Origin: an uncultured delta proteobacterium
Lineage (GTDB): Bacteria > Desulfobacterota > Binatia > Binatales > Binataceae
DNA: 64,000 nt
Assembly (NCBI GenBank): GCA_963842085.1
Contig: CAWJET010000002.1
Location: 992,001 to 1,056,000, forward strand
Direction: 5' to 3'
In this document: positions 1 to 10,391 of the stretch, one piece after another
Position numbering within the stretch: the first letter of the stretch is position 1
How the letters are laid out: the number at the start of each line of letters is the position of its first letter
Made by a program: the position numbers and the translations under genes
Notes under the pieces: generated by a model
Seen by the model: the letters and a program-made list of their open reading frames with translations, nothing else
What the model was told of the DNA's origin: nothing
Database searches by the model: none

Positions 1-140
1 GCATGCCCACCCGTGCCGACCGTCACGTCGACGAACGCGAGCGGACCGTGTGCGGACAGCAGCCCGCACACCTCCTCCACCATCACCGGCACATGCCTCC
101 GGTCCGCCGCGTCGTCTTCGTGTATCGCCGCCAGACTCAT
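1..140 (-). CDS. rsmH: 16S rRNA m4C1402 methyltransferase RsmH, N-terminal part (truncated by window edge)
   Basis: Manual translation from ATG at 140: MSLAAIHEDDAADRRHVPVMVEEV...FVDVTVGTGGHA (HxPV and D-x-T-x-G-x-GGH motifs); directly downstream of mraZ; not in the ORF track. Confidence 0.9.
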   Translation of the reverse strand, partial: MSLAAIHEDDAADRRHVPVMVEEVCGLLSAHGPLAFVDVTVGTGGH

Positions 141-146
141 CACTCG

Positions 147-596
147 TCACAAACCCAGCTTCGCAAAAAATTCCGGATCGGTTATTTTTTCCTCGGTGGC
201 CTTCAGAACCTTGCCGAGAGTCTGCTTGTCCCAAAGTTGAAAATGATCCCGGCGCGCCGAGAACGTCACCTCGCGATCCAGCCGCGCGTAATCGCGCAGG
301 TTGGTCGGAATCAGAATCCGTCCCTGGCGATCGACGGGCACCTCATGCGCCCCGCCGATAAACATTGTCTCGAACGCCTGCACCTGCGGATCGAATCGCG
401 GCATGGTCTCCAGATGCGCATTGAGCTTGTCCCACTGACTCGGCGGATAGAGGGCCAGGCAGCGCTCTCCAGCGTAGGGGAAATTTGTGATATACAAACG
501 ATCGTGATTCTCGCGCTGCAAAACTTCGCGAAATCGGGCCGGGATGCTCACCCTCCCTTTCTCATCGATCGAATGGTCGAACCGGCCGCTGAACAC
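147..596 (-). CDS. mraZ: Division/cell wall cluster transcriptional repressor MraZ
   Basis: Two AbrB-like repeats (IDEKGRVSIPARFR, VDRQGRILIP); GTG at 596 preceded by GGGAGGG. Confidence 0.95.
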   Translation of the reverse strand: MFSGRFDHSIDEKGRVSIPARFREVLQRENHDRLYITNFPYAGERCLALYPPSQWDKLNAHLETMPRFDPQVQAFETMFIGGAHEVPVDRQGRILIPTNLRDYARLDREVTFSARRDHFQLWDKQTLGKVLKATEEKITDPEFFAKLGL

Positions 597-615
597 CGCA
601 TTCCCTCCCGAGCGT

Positions 616-640
616 CCCACAACATCCCACTCTGCCCCAC
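616..640 (-). promoter_or_regulatory. MraZ operator (three GTGGG boxes, 10-bp period)
   Basis: CCCAC at 616-620, 626-630, 636-640 on +, lying between a minus-strand TTGACT (649-644) and the mraZ RBS. Confidence 0.85.
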
Positions 641-920
641 TTCAGTCAAGCAATTCGCGCGTCCCGCGATGCAGTAAACTGACTATTAGCTCAAATAGTC
701 AGTAACGAAGAAAAAGCGAAACTGAGATGTGGTCTGGCTATTCGCTGCGAAGCAAATTCGGTTGAAACATTCGAGCATTCCGGCAACCTGGGCGTTCACT
801 GAAAAAACCCCAGCTTGACAGCGACGCCATTCATTGGCGAAACTCGCGCCGATTCACAGGCCGATCCACCACATCAGAATCAACACGCCTCAAGCTCATC
901 GGGGCAGAGAGAGAGGATAG

Positions 921-1715
921 ATGAAGACGGGAAATTCTTGGCTGCGAATCGCCGCGGTCGTCGCAGCAGGCGTAACAGTGACAGTCCTAATCATCAGCCC
1001 AGCCGCACATTCAAGGCAGAGAAAGAAAAAGGAAGCCGCGGAACCTACTGCGACCCTGACGCCGACCGCCACCCCGACCCCCGAAGTTCACCTATGGAAT
1101 TTCGATCAGGACAAAGCGGGCACCGTGCCCGCGGGATGGAAAGCGCTCGAAGGCGATTGGCAGGTCATTCCCGACCCGACCGCGCCCAGCAAGCCCAATA
1201 CATTCGGCTTGCCCGCCGGCCGCCTAATCAAGTCGCTGACCAACGCTCTGGCGTATTATCCAATGGCAATTGAAACGGATCCGACTGAGTATGCCGACTT
1301 TACTCTCGAAGCTCAGTTCCAATCGGTCGGCGGACGTTTCGATTGTTCCGGCGGTCTCATCTTCCGCTACGTCGACGAGAAAAACTTTTACCTGCTTTCC
1401 GCCGGATGCCCGAGCGATTACTTCGCCCTCTCGCGCATGACCAACGGACAGCTCGCAACCCTCAAGCAGAGCGTCGTGCCGACCGACAAGAACACCTGGT
1501 ACCGGCTCAAGGTCACAGCCCAGGGTGGACACTTCATGTGCTATGACGACGACAAGATGATCTTTGATTACGACGACAGCAAAATAGCCAAAGGCAAAAT
1601 CGGAGTCTGGGCGTCCGACGATTCGCAGGCGGAATTCGACGACGTGAAACTCACGGTCATCGGCTCAGGCGATAGCGGAGCAAGTCCCGCCCCTGCCGCC
1701 GCGTCGTCGCCGTAG
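921..1715 (+). CDS. Exported protein with Pro/Thr linker and ConA-like (DUF1080-like) domain
   Basis: N-terminal hydrophobic segment, PTATLTPTATPTP linker, beta-sandwich motifs (DFTLE, GGLIFRY, WYRLKV, GKIGVW, FDDV); RBS GAGAGGA. Confidence 0.65.
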   Translation: MKTGNSWLRIAAVVAAGVTVTVLIISPAAHSRQRKKKEAAEPTATLTPTATPTPEVHLWNFDQDKAGTVPAGWKALEGDWQVIPDPTAPSKPNTFGLPAGRLIKSLTNALAYYPMAIETDPTEYADFTLEAQFQSVGGRFDCSGGLIFRYVDEKNFYLLSAGCPSDYFALSRMTNGQLATLKQSVVPTDKNTWYRLKVTAQGGHFMCYDDDKMIFDYDDSKIAKGKIGVWASDDSQAEFDDVKLTVIGSGDSGASPAPAAASSP

Positions 1716-1788
1716 CACTGACAGTCTTGCCGGGCGCCCGCCTGACGGTAGTTGCATGCGGGCGCCTCGCACCTTACTCTGAACCCTG

Positions 1789-2034
1789 ATGGAAGCCACC
1801 GAAGAGAAAGCGCGCGTCGAGGTCCGCATCCAGCCGTTGCGCGGCTTCGAACTTTTCAAGGAAGTCGCCGGCGGAGTTGGCCGCACGCTGGGTCTGACGC
1901 TGTTGTGGGGACTCGAGATCGTGCGCGATTCGTACTTCCGCCTGCTCGATCGTCTTAACGTCCGTCCGCGCCACAAACGCGCGAGCGCGTTCCCGCCCGG
2001 CCAGCCAAAAAAACACAACGCCCGCTCGCGCTAG
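1789..2034 (+). CDS. Small hypothetical protein (81 aa)
   Basis: Fills the intergenic gap, with GC-rich third positions and one short hydrophobic stretch. Confidence 0.5.
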   Translation: MEATEEKARVEVRIQPLRGFELFKEVAGGVGRTLGLTLLWGLEIVRDSYFRLLDRLNVRPRHKRASAFPPGQPKKHNARSR

Positions 2035-2097
2035 CTGGAGTCGGCGCCGCTCACCTTGATTTGATCGCCTCAATCGCCGGTGGCCGGCCCGCTCGGC

Positions 2098-4479
2098 CTA
2101 ACCGCCGGCCCTATTCTCCTCCAGCACCTGCGCCAGGTACCGTGCCAGCTTGTCGTCGAGCACCCGCACCAGCGCGTCGGTCTGCGCGGCTTGGGTGATC
2201 TTCAGGAATCCTTCCAGGCGATGCTCGCGGTCATGATCGCGAATCAGCCGCGCGATCATGGTTTGCGACAGCGCCGTCAGCTTGATCTCGAGCGCACGCC
2301 GAATTTCTTCCATCGCAGCTTCGAGTTCCACCTGTGGCGACGACGCGCCAAGCTGAAACCCGCAACTCGAACATCGCGGCGTCGTCTCGGGCGCGATTGC
2401 GTCCCCGAGTTCGCATCGCACGACGCGCGCGCTGAGCTCCGAGACTTGCGCTCCCAGGTGCGCGCCTTCCGGCCGGCCCAGCGCGGCGATCGCGTTGAGC
2501 CGCGCGAGCGCATCGAAATACCGCCGCGCGTCTCCCGCAACCGACTCGAGCCGCTCCATCTTCACACGCCATCGCGCATGCGCGCTCAGGTAACACTGCA
2601 CGTAGGTCCATTTGAATTTTTGAAACCGCGCTTCCAGTGCATCGAGGCTGCGCGGCGGAGCCATCAGGATGCGCGGCCCCAGCTCGACCGCGAGCAGTTC
2701 GCATTCCGTCTCCAACGCCGTCAGCGCCGATTCGCGCGCGCCATTTTCGGTTGCTCCCGCTTCGTCGCGCGCGGCGCGCAGTCCCGTCGCTGCCAGGTAC
2801 TCGCGCATCGCGCGCATCCGCGGTATTGCCGCGGCCGCCGCCGCCAGCGCCTCGTACGCGTCCACGACTTGGATCGCCGCTGCGAGGTACGACCGATCGG
2901 CAGCGGCCTCGAGCATCGCCGCCGCGCCCGATTCCGCCAGCGCTACATATTCAGCGATCGCCTTGCGATTAGCCGGGGGCAGCTCGACCTTCGATTCCCC
3001 GAGCACCGACGCGAGCACCTCGCGCGTGTGGGTCGCGGCCTCGACCGCCAGCGCCATCGCGGCCTCGAGCTGTTTCAGCCGAGCCTCCAACGTATCGCGG
3101 TCGCGCGCCGGCGCGAGCCGCGGCTCGAATCGCCGCGCGAGCACCAGCGCCGCGTTGAACGCCGCCAGCTCCGGCGCGCCTGCCGCTTCGGGGTCGAAGC
3201 GGGCCGCGTCGTGATCGAAGCGGATCACGCCGCCGGTCGATACCTCCAACTTTCGCATCAATTCGCGCACCGCCCGGGTCGCGCCTTCCTGCGGCGTGTC
3301 GCCGCACGCGACCATCGGCACTCGCGACTTCAGTTGTTCGAGCGCGAGCGCCGCCGTGCCGTCACACACATTCTGGACGAGCAGCGAGTCGACTATTTCG
3401 CGCGCGAGGTCCTTCTCGTAGCCGTCCATGCGGGCGAGCGTGTCGCGTGCGATCTTCCATGCGGCGCGTCCGGATTCGGCAAGCAGAGTCTCGAGCTGCC
3501 TGGAAATCGCCGCGTTCATCGTCAGATCGGGCGGATAGATAAGCCGCGCTGGAAATTCGCCGCCGGCGCCGTCGAAAGGCGGCGACGTTAACACTTCGCG
3601 CGCCAGGCGCGATAACGATACGACCGCGGCGGGATCGGGCTTCTTGCCGTCCGGGTTCGGAGCGGTGGCGATCGTCCGAAGCGCGCTCAGCGCCGCCGGG
3701 TGGAACGGGAAGATCGCGTCAGGCGCCAATCCGGCCGTATCTACTCCCGCATACGCGCCGTCGGCGTCGAGCCCGGCGTCTTCGACCAGCCGCCGTGCGC
3801 GCCGCACTGCGATAATCGTTTCCTCGTTGGCGTCGAGCGGCGCCACCGAAAGCGCACGAGCCGCTGGCGGAGCCATCGCGCGCCCGGACGCGATCACGGT
3901 GAATTTTACCTGCCGGAACGACGCAGCGACCTCGGCCAGCATCGTGAAGAAATCTCCCACCGCCTCGCACCGCGACAGGCCAAAGTCAATCGCAACGGTT
4001 ACCGCCCGGACTCCTGTCCGCCGCGCGCTCTCCAGCGCCACGTTCAACGCGGCCGCCCCGCGCATCTGTCGGAAAATATCGCCCGAACGCGGGTCGCCGC
4101 CGATTTGTTCCGCTAGCGCGCTCAGCAGGTACAGCTCGACCTCCGCCCCATCGACGCGCCCCGCCAGCTCAAGCCCGCACACCTGCCGCCGCGCATTTTG
4201 CGCTTTGAGCGCGCCCGCCCGGTTTTGCAGCGCGACGACATAGTTAAGGAAATGGGTCTTGCCACATCCCGCCGGCCCGTCAATCCAGAACACTCCCCCA
4301 TCCGGCTCGGCAATGTGTTGATTGAGGACCTCCCACGAGCGCTCGGCCGCGCGCGTCAATACGTAGCTCGACACGGTCGAGGCGCGCGGCGAAGTCTGCA
4401 GTTCCATCCGCTCGGGCAGAGGCGGCTCGAGTTCGAACCAACGCCGCGCGTGCCGTCCCCCCCGCTTTGCCAGTTCCAT
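2098..4479 (-). CDS. BrxC/DUF6079-like P-loop NTPase derivative with C-terminal Cys cluster
   Basis: Walker A GPAGCGKTHFL, IFPFHP motif, long helical region, C-terminal C...PRCSSCGF. Confidence 0.6.
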   Translation of the reverse strand: MELAKRGGRHARRWFELEPPLPERMELQTSPRASTVSSYVLTRAAERSWEVLNQHIAEPDGGVFWIDGPAGCGKTHFLNYVVALQNRAGALKAQNARRQVCGLELAGRVDGAEVELYLLSALAEQIGGDPRSGDIFRQMRGAAALNVALESARRTGVRAVTVAIDFGLSRCEAVGDFFTMLAEVAASFRQVKFTVIASGRAMAPPAARALSVAPLDANEETIIAVRRARRLVEDAGLDADGAYAGVDTAGLAPDAIFPFHPAALSALRTIATAPNPDGKKPDPAAVVSLSRLAREVLTSPPFDGAGGEFPARLIYPPDLTMNAAISRQLETLLAESGRAAWKIARDTLARMDGYEKDLAREIVDSLLVQNVCDGTAALALEQLKSRVPMVACGDTPQEGATRAVRELMRKLEVSTGGVIRFDHDAARFDPEAAGAPELAAFNAALVLARRFEPRLAPARDRDTLEARLKQLEAAMALAVEAATHTREVLASVLGESKVELPPANRKAIAEYVALAESGAAAMLEAAADRSYLAAAIQVVDAYEALAAAAAAIPRMRAMREYLAATGLRAARDEAGATENGARESALTALETECELLAVELGPRILMAPPRSLDALEARFQKFKWTYVQCYLSAHARWRVKMERLESVAGDARRYFDALARLNAIAALGRPEGAHLGAQVSELSARVVRCELGDAIAPETTPRCSSCGFQLGASSPQVELEAAMEEIRRALEIKLTALSQTMIARLIRDHDREHRLEGFLKITQAAQTDALVRVLDDKLARYLAQVLEENRAGG

Positions 4480-4576
4480 CGGACAAGACTATCGCAGCAG
4501 TCAGCATCAAAATGTCATGTTATGCCGACCAAAATGTCGACTTTCTGTTACTCGGAGCACCAACTCGCGCTTTCTT

Positions 4577-5236
4577 CTAGTCGATCCGAATCAGTTTGTG
4601 CTTGATCGCGTATCGCACTATTGCCGCCGTCGAGCGCAGCTCGAGCTTCCGCTTGAGATTGTCACGATGCGCCTGCGCGGTCTTCACGCTGATGCCCAGT
4701 CGTCGCGCGACCTCCTTGGTAGTCGCGCCCTCGCCGATCAGCTTGAGCACTTCGCGCTCGCGGCGCGTCGGAGTCGCGGCGTGCGAGGTGTTCGGCGGCG
4801 CGCCATTGCGCAGTCGCGCAAGCACGATCGGCGCGATGGTCGGGCTCAGATAGCGCCGCCCCGAATGAACTGCCCGCACCGCGGTCAGCAATTCAGCCGC
4901 CGCATCGGTCTTGACCACGTAGCCCGCGGCGCCCGCATCGCCGAGCGCCTCGAGCACGCATTCTTCGTCCTCGTATTGGCTGAGCATCAGCACCTTGCAT
5001 GCCGGCGCTTCTTTGGCGATTCGACGCGCCGCCGATATTCCGCCGATTCCCGGCATCCCGATGTCCATCACGACCACCTGCGGCTTGAGTTGCGCGGCAA
5101 TCGCGGCGGCCTGCTCGCCATCCGACGCTTCGGCGATCACCTCGCACTCCGCCGCGAGCACCGAGCGCAGTGCCTCGCGCAGGATCCGATGGTCATCGGC
5201 GAGCAGCACGCGAATCCGCTCGCGACTCTCCGTCAT
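4577..5236 (-). CDS. NarL/LuxR family response regulator
   Basis: RVLLADDH, VVMDIGMPG receiver motifs and LuxR HTH (TRREREVL...LGISVKTAQAHR); ATG at 5236 overlaps the kinase stop. Confidence 0.93.
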   Translation of the reverse strand: MTESRERIRVLLADDHRILREALRSVLAAECEVIAEASDGEQAAAIAAQLKPQVVVMDIGMPGIGGISAARRIAKEAPACKVLMLSQYEDEECVLEALGDAGAAGYVVKTDAAAELLTAVRAVHSGRRYLSPTIAPIVLARLRNGAPPNTSHAATPTRREREVLKLIGEGATTKEVARRLGISVKTAQAHRDNLKRKLELRSTAAIVRYAIKHKLIRID

Positions 5237-6945
5237 GCGACCTCCGGAATTTCGGCGATCACGGTCGTGCGACCTGCCCGCGATTCCACGGTCAAGCTCC
5301 CGCCCATCAACTCCAGCCTTTCCCGCACACCAGCCAGGCCGCTGCCCGCGCCGTCGTTGGCGCCGATACCGCAGCCGTCGTCGCTGACCGAGACCCGCGC
5401 GGCCCCGTCGCGGCTTTCGATCGCGATCTGCACGGACTTCGCGCGCGCATGGCGAATGACGTTGGATAGCGCCTCGCGCACGACCTGGAAGCATAGTTGC
5501 TGCAGCGGGCGCGAAATGTTCGCCGCCGCGGCACCGTAAATCAATTTCGCTTTTACCCCCGCGTCATCGAGCCGGGCGAACTCGTGCTCGATTGCCTCGT
5601 CGAGTGACACGCTGCCGATCGTGGCCGGACGAAGTTCACGGGTCTTTTTGCGCAACTCCTCTTCGACCTGCTTGAAGATCGCGCGGGCCGCCTCACCCCG
5701 ACCGTCGAGCGCGATTTTCGCCGCCGCCAACAGTTGCGCCTGATCGTCGTGCAGGTCGCGCGCGATCCGGGCGCGCTCCTCGTCGATCGCCGCAAACATT
5801 CTAAGCGCAAGCTGGCGCACCAGGCCGCCGCGCCGCGACGCCTCCCGCTCCATCACCCAGCTCATTGCCAATGGCGCCAGCCGCTCGACAATCGCCTGCG
5901 CCCGCGCCGCCGATGCGTGCCCGTCGCGCGAGGCGAGCGCAATTGCGCCCGCCCCGAACGGGATACACACGTACGAACCACCAAACACCTTGTCCTCGAA
6001 ATATTGGCGGGCGCGATCGAGCGTTCGGTCTTCGCGCTCGCGCCAGCGGGCAATCACGATCCGGCGCAGAAAACTCTCGGCCAGCGCGCTGCCGGTCTCC
6101 ACCGGGTCGAATTGTTTCAGCTCCGCGGGCGACGACGCGGCCATGGTCAACGCGCTGCCGTCCGCGACCGCCACCATCCATTGGTCGAAGCCGGCGCCGC
6201 CCGCCACGAGTTCGCCGAAACGGCCGAACCGGTTGTTCGGCTGCGCGCACCGCGCCGCCGCAACCGCCTCGTCCAGGCTATGGGTCGCCGCCCGCTCGGT
6301 CGCCAGCTCCTGCTTGGCGCCCTCGGCCTGGCGGCCGCGCTCAGCACCGTGACCGCGCCAGAATTCAAGCGAGACGCGGGCGGCGGCCAGCGCGAGCTCG
6401 CCGAAAACGGCGCGCGCCGTAAGTTCAAGCGATGCCTCAAGTTCGGCGGGGGCGCGATCCGCCCGCGCCACCAGCGCGATTCGCACCGCGCTCGCGCCGT
6501 CGGTGAACGCCGACGCGGCGAACTGGCGCCCGTCGTCCATTTTATCGGCGCGCGCGATTGCGTCGAGCTCTCGCGCGCTCAGCGCAACTTTTTCGATCAA
6601 CCCGCTCGAAGCCGGCACGCCGCGCGCCCGCTTCGTTCCGTCGGCTGCAACCAAGTCACCCAGCCGATGACCGAGCGCTTCGAGAATCGCCTTCAGAAAC
6701 TCGTCCCATCGCGAGTCACCGTGTGGCGCGTACACCACCTCGTCGGCGCTCGTCGCGCTCGATTGAAACGCGATCGCGCATCGCTCGGCCGCAAGCGTCC
6801 CTGCGCCAAGCTCGGCAATGGCGGCGATCCGATCGCTGAAGCATGTGCCACGCGATGTCGGTCGCGGCGCGATAACTGCCAGTCGATTGGGCTGTCTGAG
6901 AGTGGTTCCCAAAATTCCTCCGCCTTCAGGATGACAGAGGAACAC
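5233..6945 (-). CDS. HisKA_3 (NarX-like) sensor histidine kinase; true start probably downstream of 6945
   Basis: RIARDLHD H-box; EALSNVIRHA, DDGCG, GSGL HATPase motifs; the first codons of the ORF overlap a repeat element. Confidence 0.85.
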   Translation of the reverse strand: MFLCHPEGGGILGTTLRQPNRLAVIAPRPTSRGTCFSDRIAAIAELGAGTLAAERCAIAFQSSATSADEVVYAPHGDSRWDEFLKAILEALGHRLGDLVAADGTKRARGVPASSGLIEKVALSARELDAIARADKMDDGRQFAASAFTDGASAVRIALVARADRAPAELEASLELTARAVFGELALAAARVSLEFWRGHGAERGRQAEGAKQELATERAATHSLDEAVAAARCAQPNNRFGRFGELVAGGAGFDQWMVAVADGSALTMAASSPAELKQFDPVETGSALAESFLRRIVIARWREREDRTLDRARQYFEDKVFGGSYVCIPFGAGAIALASRDGHASAARAQAIVERLAPLAMSWVMEREASRRGGLVRQLALRMFAAIDEERARIARDLHDDQAQLLAAAKIALDGRGEAARAIFKQVEEELRKKTRELRPATIGSVSLDEAIEHEFARLDDAGVKAKLIYGAAAANISRPLQQLCFQVVREALSNVIRHARAKSVQIAIESRDGAARVSVSDDGCGIGANDGAGSGLAGVRERLELMGGSLTVESRAGRTTVIAEIPEVA

Positions 6946-7199
6946 CTCAGTTCTAAGGGGGCGCGACCCAATGCAGCGCGCGTCCAGTTACGCAAAGAAC
7001 ACTTTGTGTGGGGGAACGAAAATCGTCCTCCCATCGGGTCGGAAATTCGGTTCAGATCACGTTCCAGAAATTGTCGGACTGATGGTCGGTGTTGAAGGTG
7101 GATTCGGTGGTCGCATTCGGCGGAATCAGCGACCGGAACACATCAGCCGTCGGATCGTAGAGCGACTGACCGATACGAAGTTGCGCGCACGCGCTGCTG

Positions 7200-9947
7200 T
7201 CAGGGATGCCCGGAATCTGATGGCTTCGATAGTTCGTCGCCCAGCGCTTTCATCTCGGCGCCGAAGGCGGTCCAGTCGCCCGCGCGGATCGCGTCCATCG
7301 CGCGATTGTAATGCTGCGCGGCGCTTTGCATGTCGGCCTTGGCCGCGCCAGCCGTTATCGGTTGCGCTAGAGCCTCGGTCGCAGCCGTCTTGGCGATCGT
7401 TGGCGCCGGCGGCGCCTCATTTTGGAACAACGCCGCCATCGTCAGGTCGAGCGTATCGCCCATCACCACCCGATCGCTGTACGACGCGATCACCCGCTGC
7501 AACTCCGGCAACTGGCCGTTCTCGGCGCGGATGAACAGCGGCTCGACGTAGAGCAGCGAGTCCTGGATCGGTATCACGAGCAGGTTGCCGAGGATGACCT
7601 TGGAACCCATCTGATTCCACAGCGAAAGTTGCCGCGAGATTTCAGGATTCTGATTGATGCGCGCCTGGATCTGGTAGGGGCCGTAAATGAGTTTGTCCTT
7701 CGAAAATGCATACTCGAACAGATGACCGTAATCCGCGCCGTCGCAGCGCGCCGCCATCCACGCAATCATGTTGTCGCGCCCCGACGGCACCATCGGCAGC
7801 ATCAACATGTATTCCGCCTGCGTCTCGCCCGGCAGCCGCATGATCACGTAGTAGGGCGACATCGGAACCGTCTGTCCGGCGTAGTTTTCGCGCGGAAATC
7901 CCCACAGGTCCTCGCGGTTATAGAAGACCTGCGGATCGGTCATGTGATAGGTGCGGAAAGTGTCGGCCTGGATCAGAAAAAAATCCTCTGGATAGCGGAT
8001 GTGCGCGCGCAATCCCGCCGGCATCGCCGACATCGGCTTGAACATCGCGGGGAAAATGCGCTGCCAGGTCTTGATGATTGGGTCGTCGGGATCGGCCACG
8101 TAAAATTCGGTGCCGCCGGTATACGCATCGACCACCACCTTGACCGAATTGCGGATGTAGTTGATGCCGTCGGCGTTACGCTGCGAGTACGGGTAGTGAT
8201 CGCTGGTGGTATAGCCGTCAACGATCCAGACCAGGCGGCCGTTCTGGATCACGGCGTAGGGATCGCGGTCGAGATTCAGGAACGGCGCGATGTACGCGAT
8301 GCGGCCCGTGATGTTGCGCCGGATCATGATCTTGCTGTTCTTTACGATGTTCTCGGTGACGAGCAGATTGATGTCGCGGAAAAAGATGCTGAACAGCAGG
8401 CGGCGGAAGAATCCCGCCACCGGCACGCCGCCCGAGCCCGCGTAGTACGCAAAGACGTTGTCCGCGCCCTTGGGATAGTCGAACTCGGGCGTCGCCGAAT
8501 CGACCACGGCGTAGTTGTCGCGCTCTTCGCCAAAGTAAATCGCCGGCTGGTCAACCTTCAGCCCCACGTCCGAGACCGCCGGAATATCCTTGATGTAGAA
8601 CACCGGCAGCCCTTCGCTGTCCTTCCGGTTGACCGGGCTCATCGCCAGCCCGGCGCCGTGGGTGAACTTGAGATGCTGGTTGACCCAGGTCTGGGCGTTG
8701 TCGGGCAGTTGGTCGATATTCATCTCGCGCGGCGACAGCATGACCTCGGTGTACTTGCCCTCGATCCAGTAGCGATCGATGTCGACGTCGCGAAAGTCGT
8801 AGTAGGTGCGGATTTCCTGCAACTGGCGGTAGGTGTCGATCAGCGGGCGCGGGTCCCACAGCCGGATGTTCTTGACCGTCGTCGAATCTTCGTCGAGCGC
8901 CGCCGGCGTGAGCGTGCCCTGCCCGGCAAACGGTTTCACGTCAACCGTGTCGAGCTTGTAGGCGTGCCGCGTCGCCTCGATGTTGCGCACCAGGTACGGC
9001 CGCTCGATCCGCAGCTCGTCGGGCTTGACCCACAGGCGCTCGATCACCGGCTGGATGAAATTCATGATCAGCGCCGGGCCGAACACGATAACGAACGCGG
9101 CGACGGGAATTCGCAGTCCGCTCTCGCGCGCGTTGAACATGCACATCGCGGCGGCGACCAGCGACAGCGCCACCAGAATCCACAGTCCCGGCTGCCACAG
9201 GATGCGATCGACGTAGCGCAGTCCGAACACGACGCCGTTGGTATGCAGCAGCAGGTCGAAGCGGCCAAGCCAGTAGCTCATCGCGCGCTGCAAGAAGAAC
9301 AGCCCCAGCAGCACCGACAGATGCCCTGCCGCGCCGGCCGACACGCGGGGCGGCGATTCCTTGAAGTCGAGCGCGCCGCGCGCCCAATAGACCGCGATCG
9401 CCATCCCGGCCGCGAGCACGATCAGCATCAGGAACAGGTCGCGGATTTCCTCGAGCAGCGGCAGCGTGAAGACGTAAAAGCCGATGTCGTTGCCGAACGC
9501 CTGCTCGGTGATTCCGAACGGCACGCCGTAGAGGCCCTTCAAGTAGGTGTCCCAGCTCGCCGCCTCGCCTTGCGCCGCGAACAGCGCCAGTATCGCCGCG
9601 CCGCCCGCCACGATCACGCGCCACGGCACCCGCTCGCCCAGCGCGCGAATCAGCTCGGGCAGATTGACCTCGACCATCTCGTCAGGACGGCGCACCACGC
9701 GCAGCCGCTCGCGGTCGCGGCTCGAGCCAATCGCAATCAACCCGCTCACGAAGATCGCGGCGAACGACACCAGCCATACGATGACGAAGATCGCGATTTC
9801 CGCGCCGACGGTGGTATTGAAGACGCCGCCGTAGCCGAGTCTGCCGTACCACAGGTAATCAACCAGCAGCTGGTCAGCCAGACTCAACGCCACCAGCGCG
9901 ACGATAACGAGCGCAGCGAGGAGGATCAGGATATTGCGCGGCCGCAT
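7200..9947 (-). CDS. UPF0182 family membrane protein
   Basis: DYLWY, DIGFYVFTLP, NIRLWDPRPL, FTHG, NYIRNSVKVVVDAY, GNLLVIPI motifs; 915 aa. Confidence 0.93.
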   Translation of the reverse strand: MRPRNILILLAALVIVALVALSLADQLLVDYLWYGRLGYGGVFNTTVGAEIAIFVIVWLVSFAAIFVSGLIAIGSSRDRERLRVVRRPDEMVEVNLPELIRALGERVPWRVIVAGGAAILALFAAQGEAASWDTYLKGLYGVPFGITEQAFGNDIGFYVFTLPLLEEIRDLFLMLIVLAAGMAIAVYWARGALDFKESPPRVSAGAAGHLSVLLGLFFLQRAMSYWLGRFDLLLHTNGVVFGLRYVDRILWQPGLWILVALSLVAAAMCMFNARESGLRIPVAAFVIVFGPALIMNFIQPVIERLWVKPDELRIERPYLVRNIEATRHAYKLDTVDVKPFAGQGTLTPAALDEDSTTVKNIRLWDPRPLIDTYRQLQEIRTYYDFRDVDIDRYWIEGKYTEVMLSPREMNIDQLPDNAQTWVNQHLKFTHGAGLAMSPVNRKDSEGLPVFYIKDIPAVSDVGLKVDQPAIYFGEERDNYAVVDSATPEFDYPKGADNVFAYYAGSGGVPVAGFFRRLLFSIFFRDINLLVTENIVKNSKIMIRRNITGRIAYIAPFLNLDRDPYAVIQNGRLVWIVDGYTTSDHYPYSQRNADGINYIRNSVKVVVDAYTGGTEFYVADPDDPIIKTWQRIFPAMFKPMSAMPAGLRAHIRYPEDFFLIQADTFRTYHMTDPQVFYNREDLWGFPRENYAGQTVPMSPYYVIMRLPGETQAEYMLMLPMVPSGRDNMIAWMAARCDGADYGHLFEYAFSKDKLIYGPYQIQARINQNPEISRQLSLWNQMGSKVILGNLLVIPIQDSLLYVEPLFIRAENGQLPELQRVIASYSDRVVMGDTLDLTMAALFQNEAPPAPTIAKTAATEALAQPITAGAAKADMQSAAQHYNRAMDAIRAGDWTAFGAEMKALGDELSKPSDSGHP

Positions 9948-9959
9948 CAGCGTCAGGTG

Positions 9960-10274
9960 CTATTCGCCGCGTCCGATTTGTTGGACGTGTTCCCGCACCA
10001 CGTCGGGCGGGCAGAGCCAAATGAAAACCTTGAGCGCCAGGTAGCCGATAAGGAGCCAGTCGAGTTCGCCGATTATCGGAATCATGTCGAGCTCGAGCGC
10101 CGGCGGCGTCACCATCAGCAGCAAACCCATCGCCGGCACCATCTTCGCCAGCACCGGCACACGGCTCTCGGTGATTAGCCGATAGAACAGGCGGACGAAC
10201 TGCGGCAGGTACATCACCAGCCGGCCCAATTGCGCCGGCCCCAGGAATTGCATGCGAAGCATCGATCGAAACAT
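9960..10274 (-). CDS. DUF1232/YkvA-like small membrane protein
   Basis: RVPVLAK...DMIPIIGELD and PPDVVREH motifs. Confidence 0.75.
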   Translation of the reverse strand: MFRSMLRMQFLGPAQLGRLVMYLPQFVRLFYRLITESRVPVLAKMVPAMGLLLMVTPPALELDMIPIIGELDWLLIGYLALKVFIWLCPPDVVREHVQQIGRGE

Positions 10275-10391
10275 CTGCTTGACCCGTCTTGATAATACTC
10301 TAGCACAAAGCGGCGCCGAAGATGTCGCCGCGATGGGGACGGCGCCCGCGTTTTTGTTAGAATTAACCCGGTACGAGGAGGGCGAAGCGGA

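Noticed and set aside
2080-3591. 503-aa plus-strand ORF
   Set aside because: Antisense to the ATPase-like gene; low-complexity Arg-rich translation
7422-10178. 918-aa plus-strand ORF
   Set aside because: Antisense shadow of the UPF0182 gene; Arg-rich with no motifs, typical of high-GC DNA
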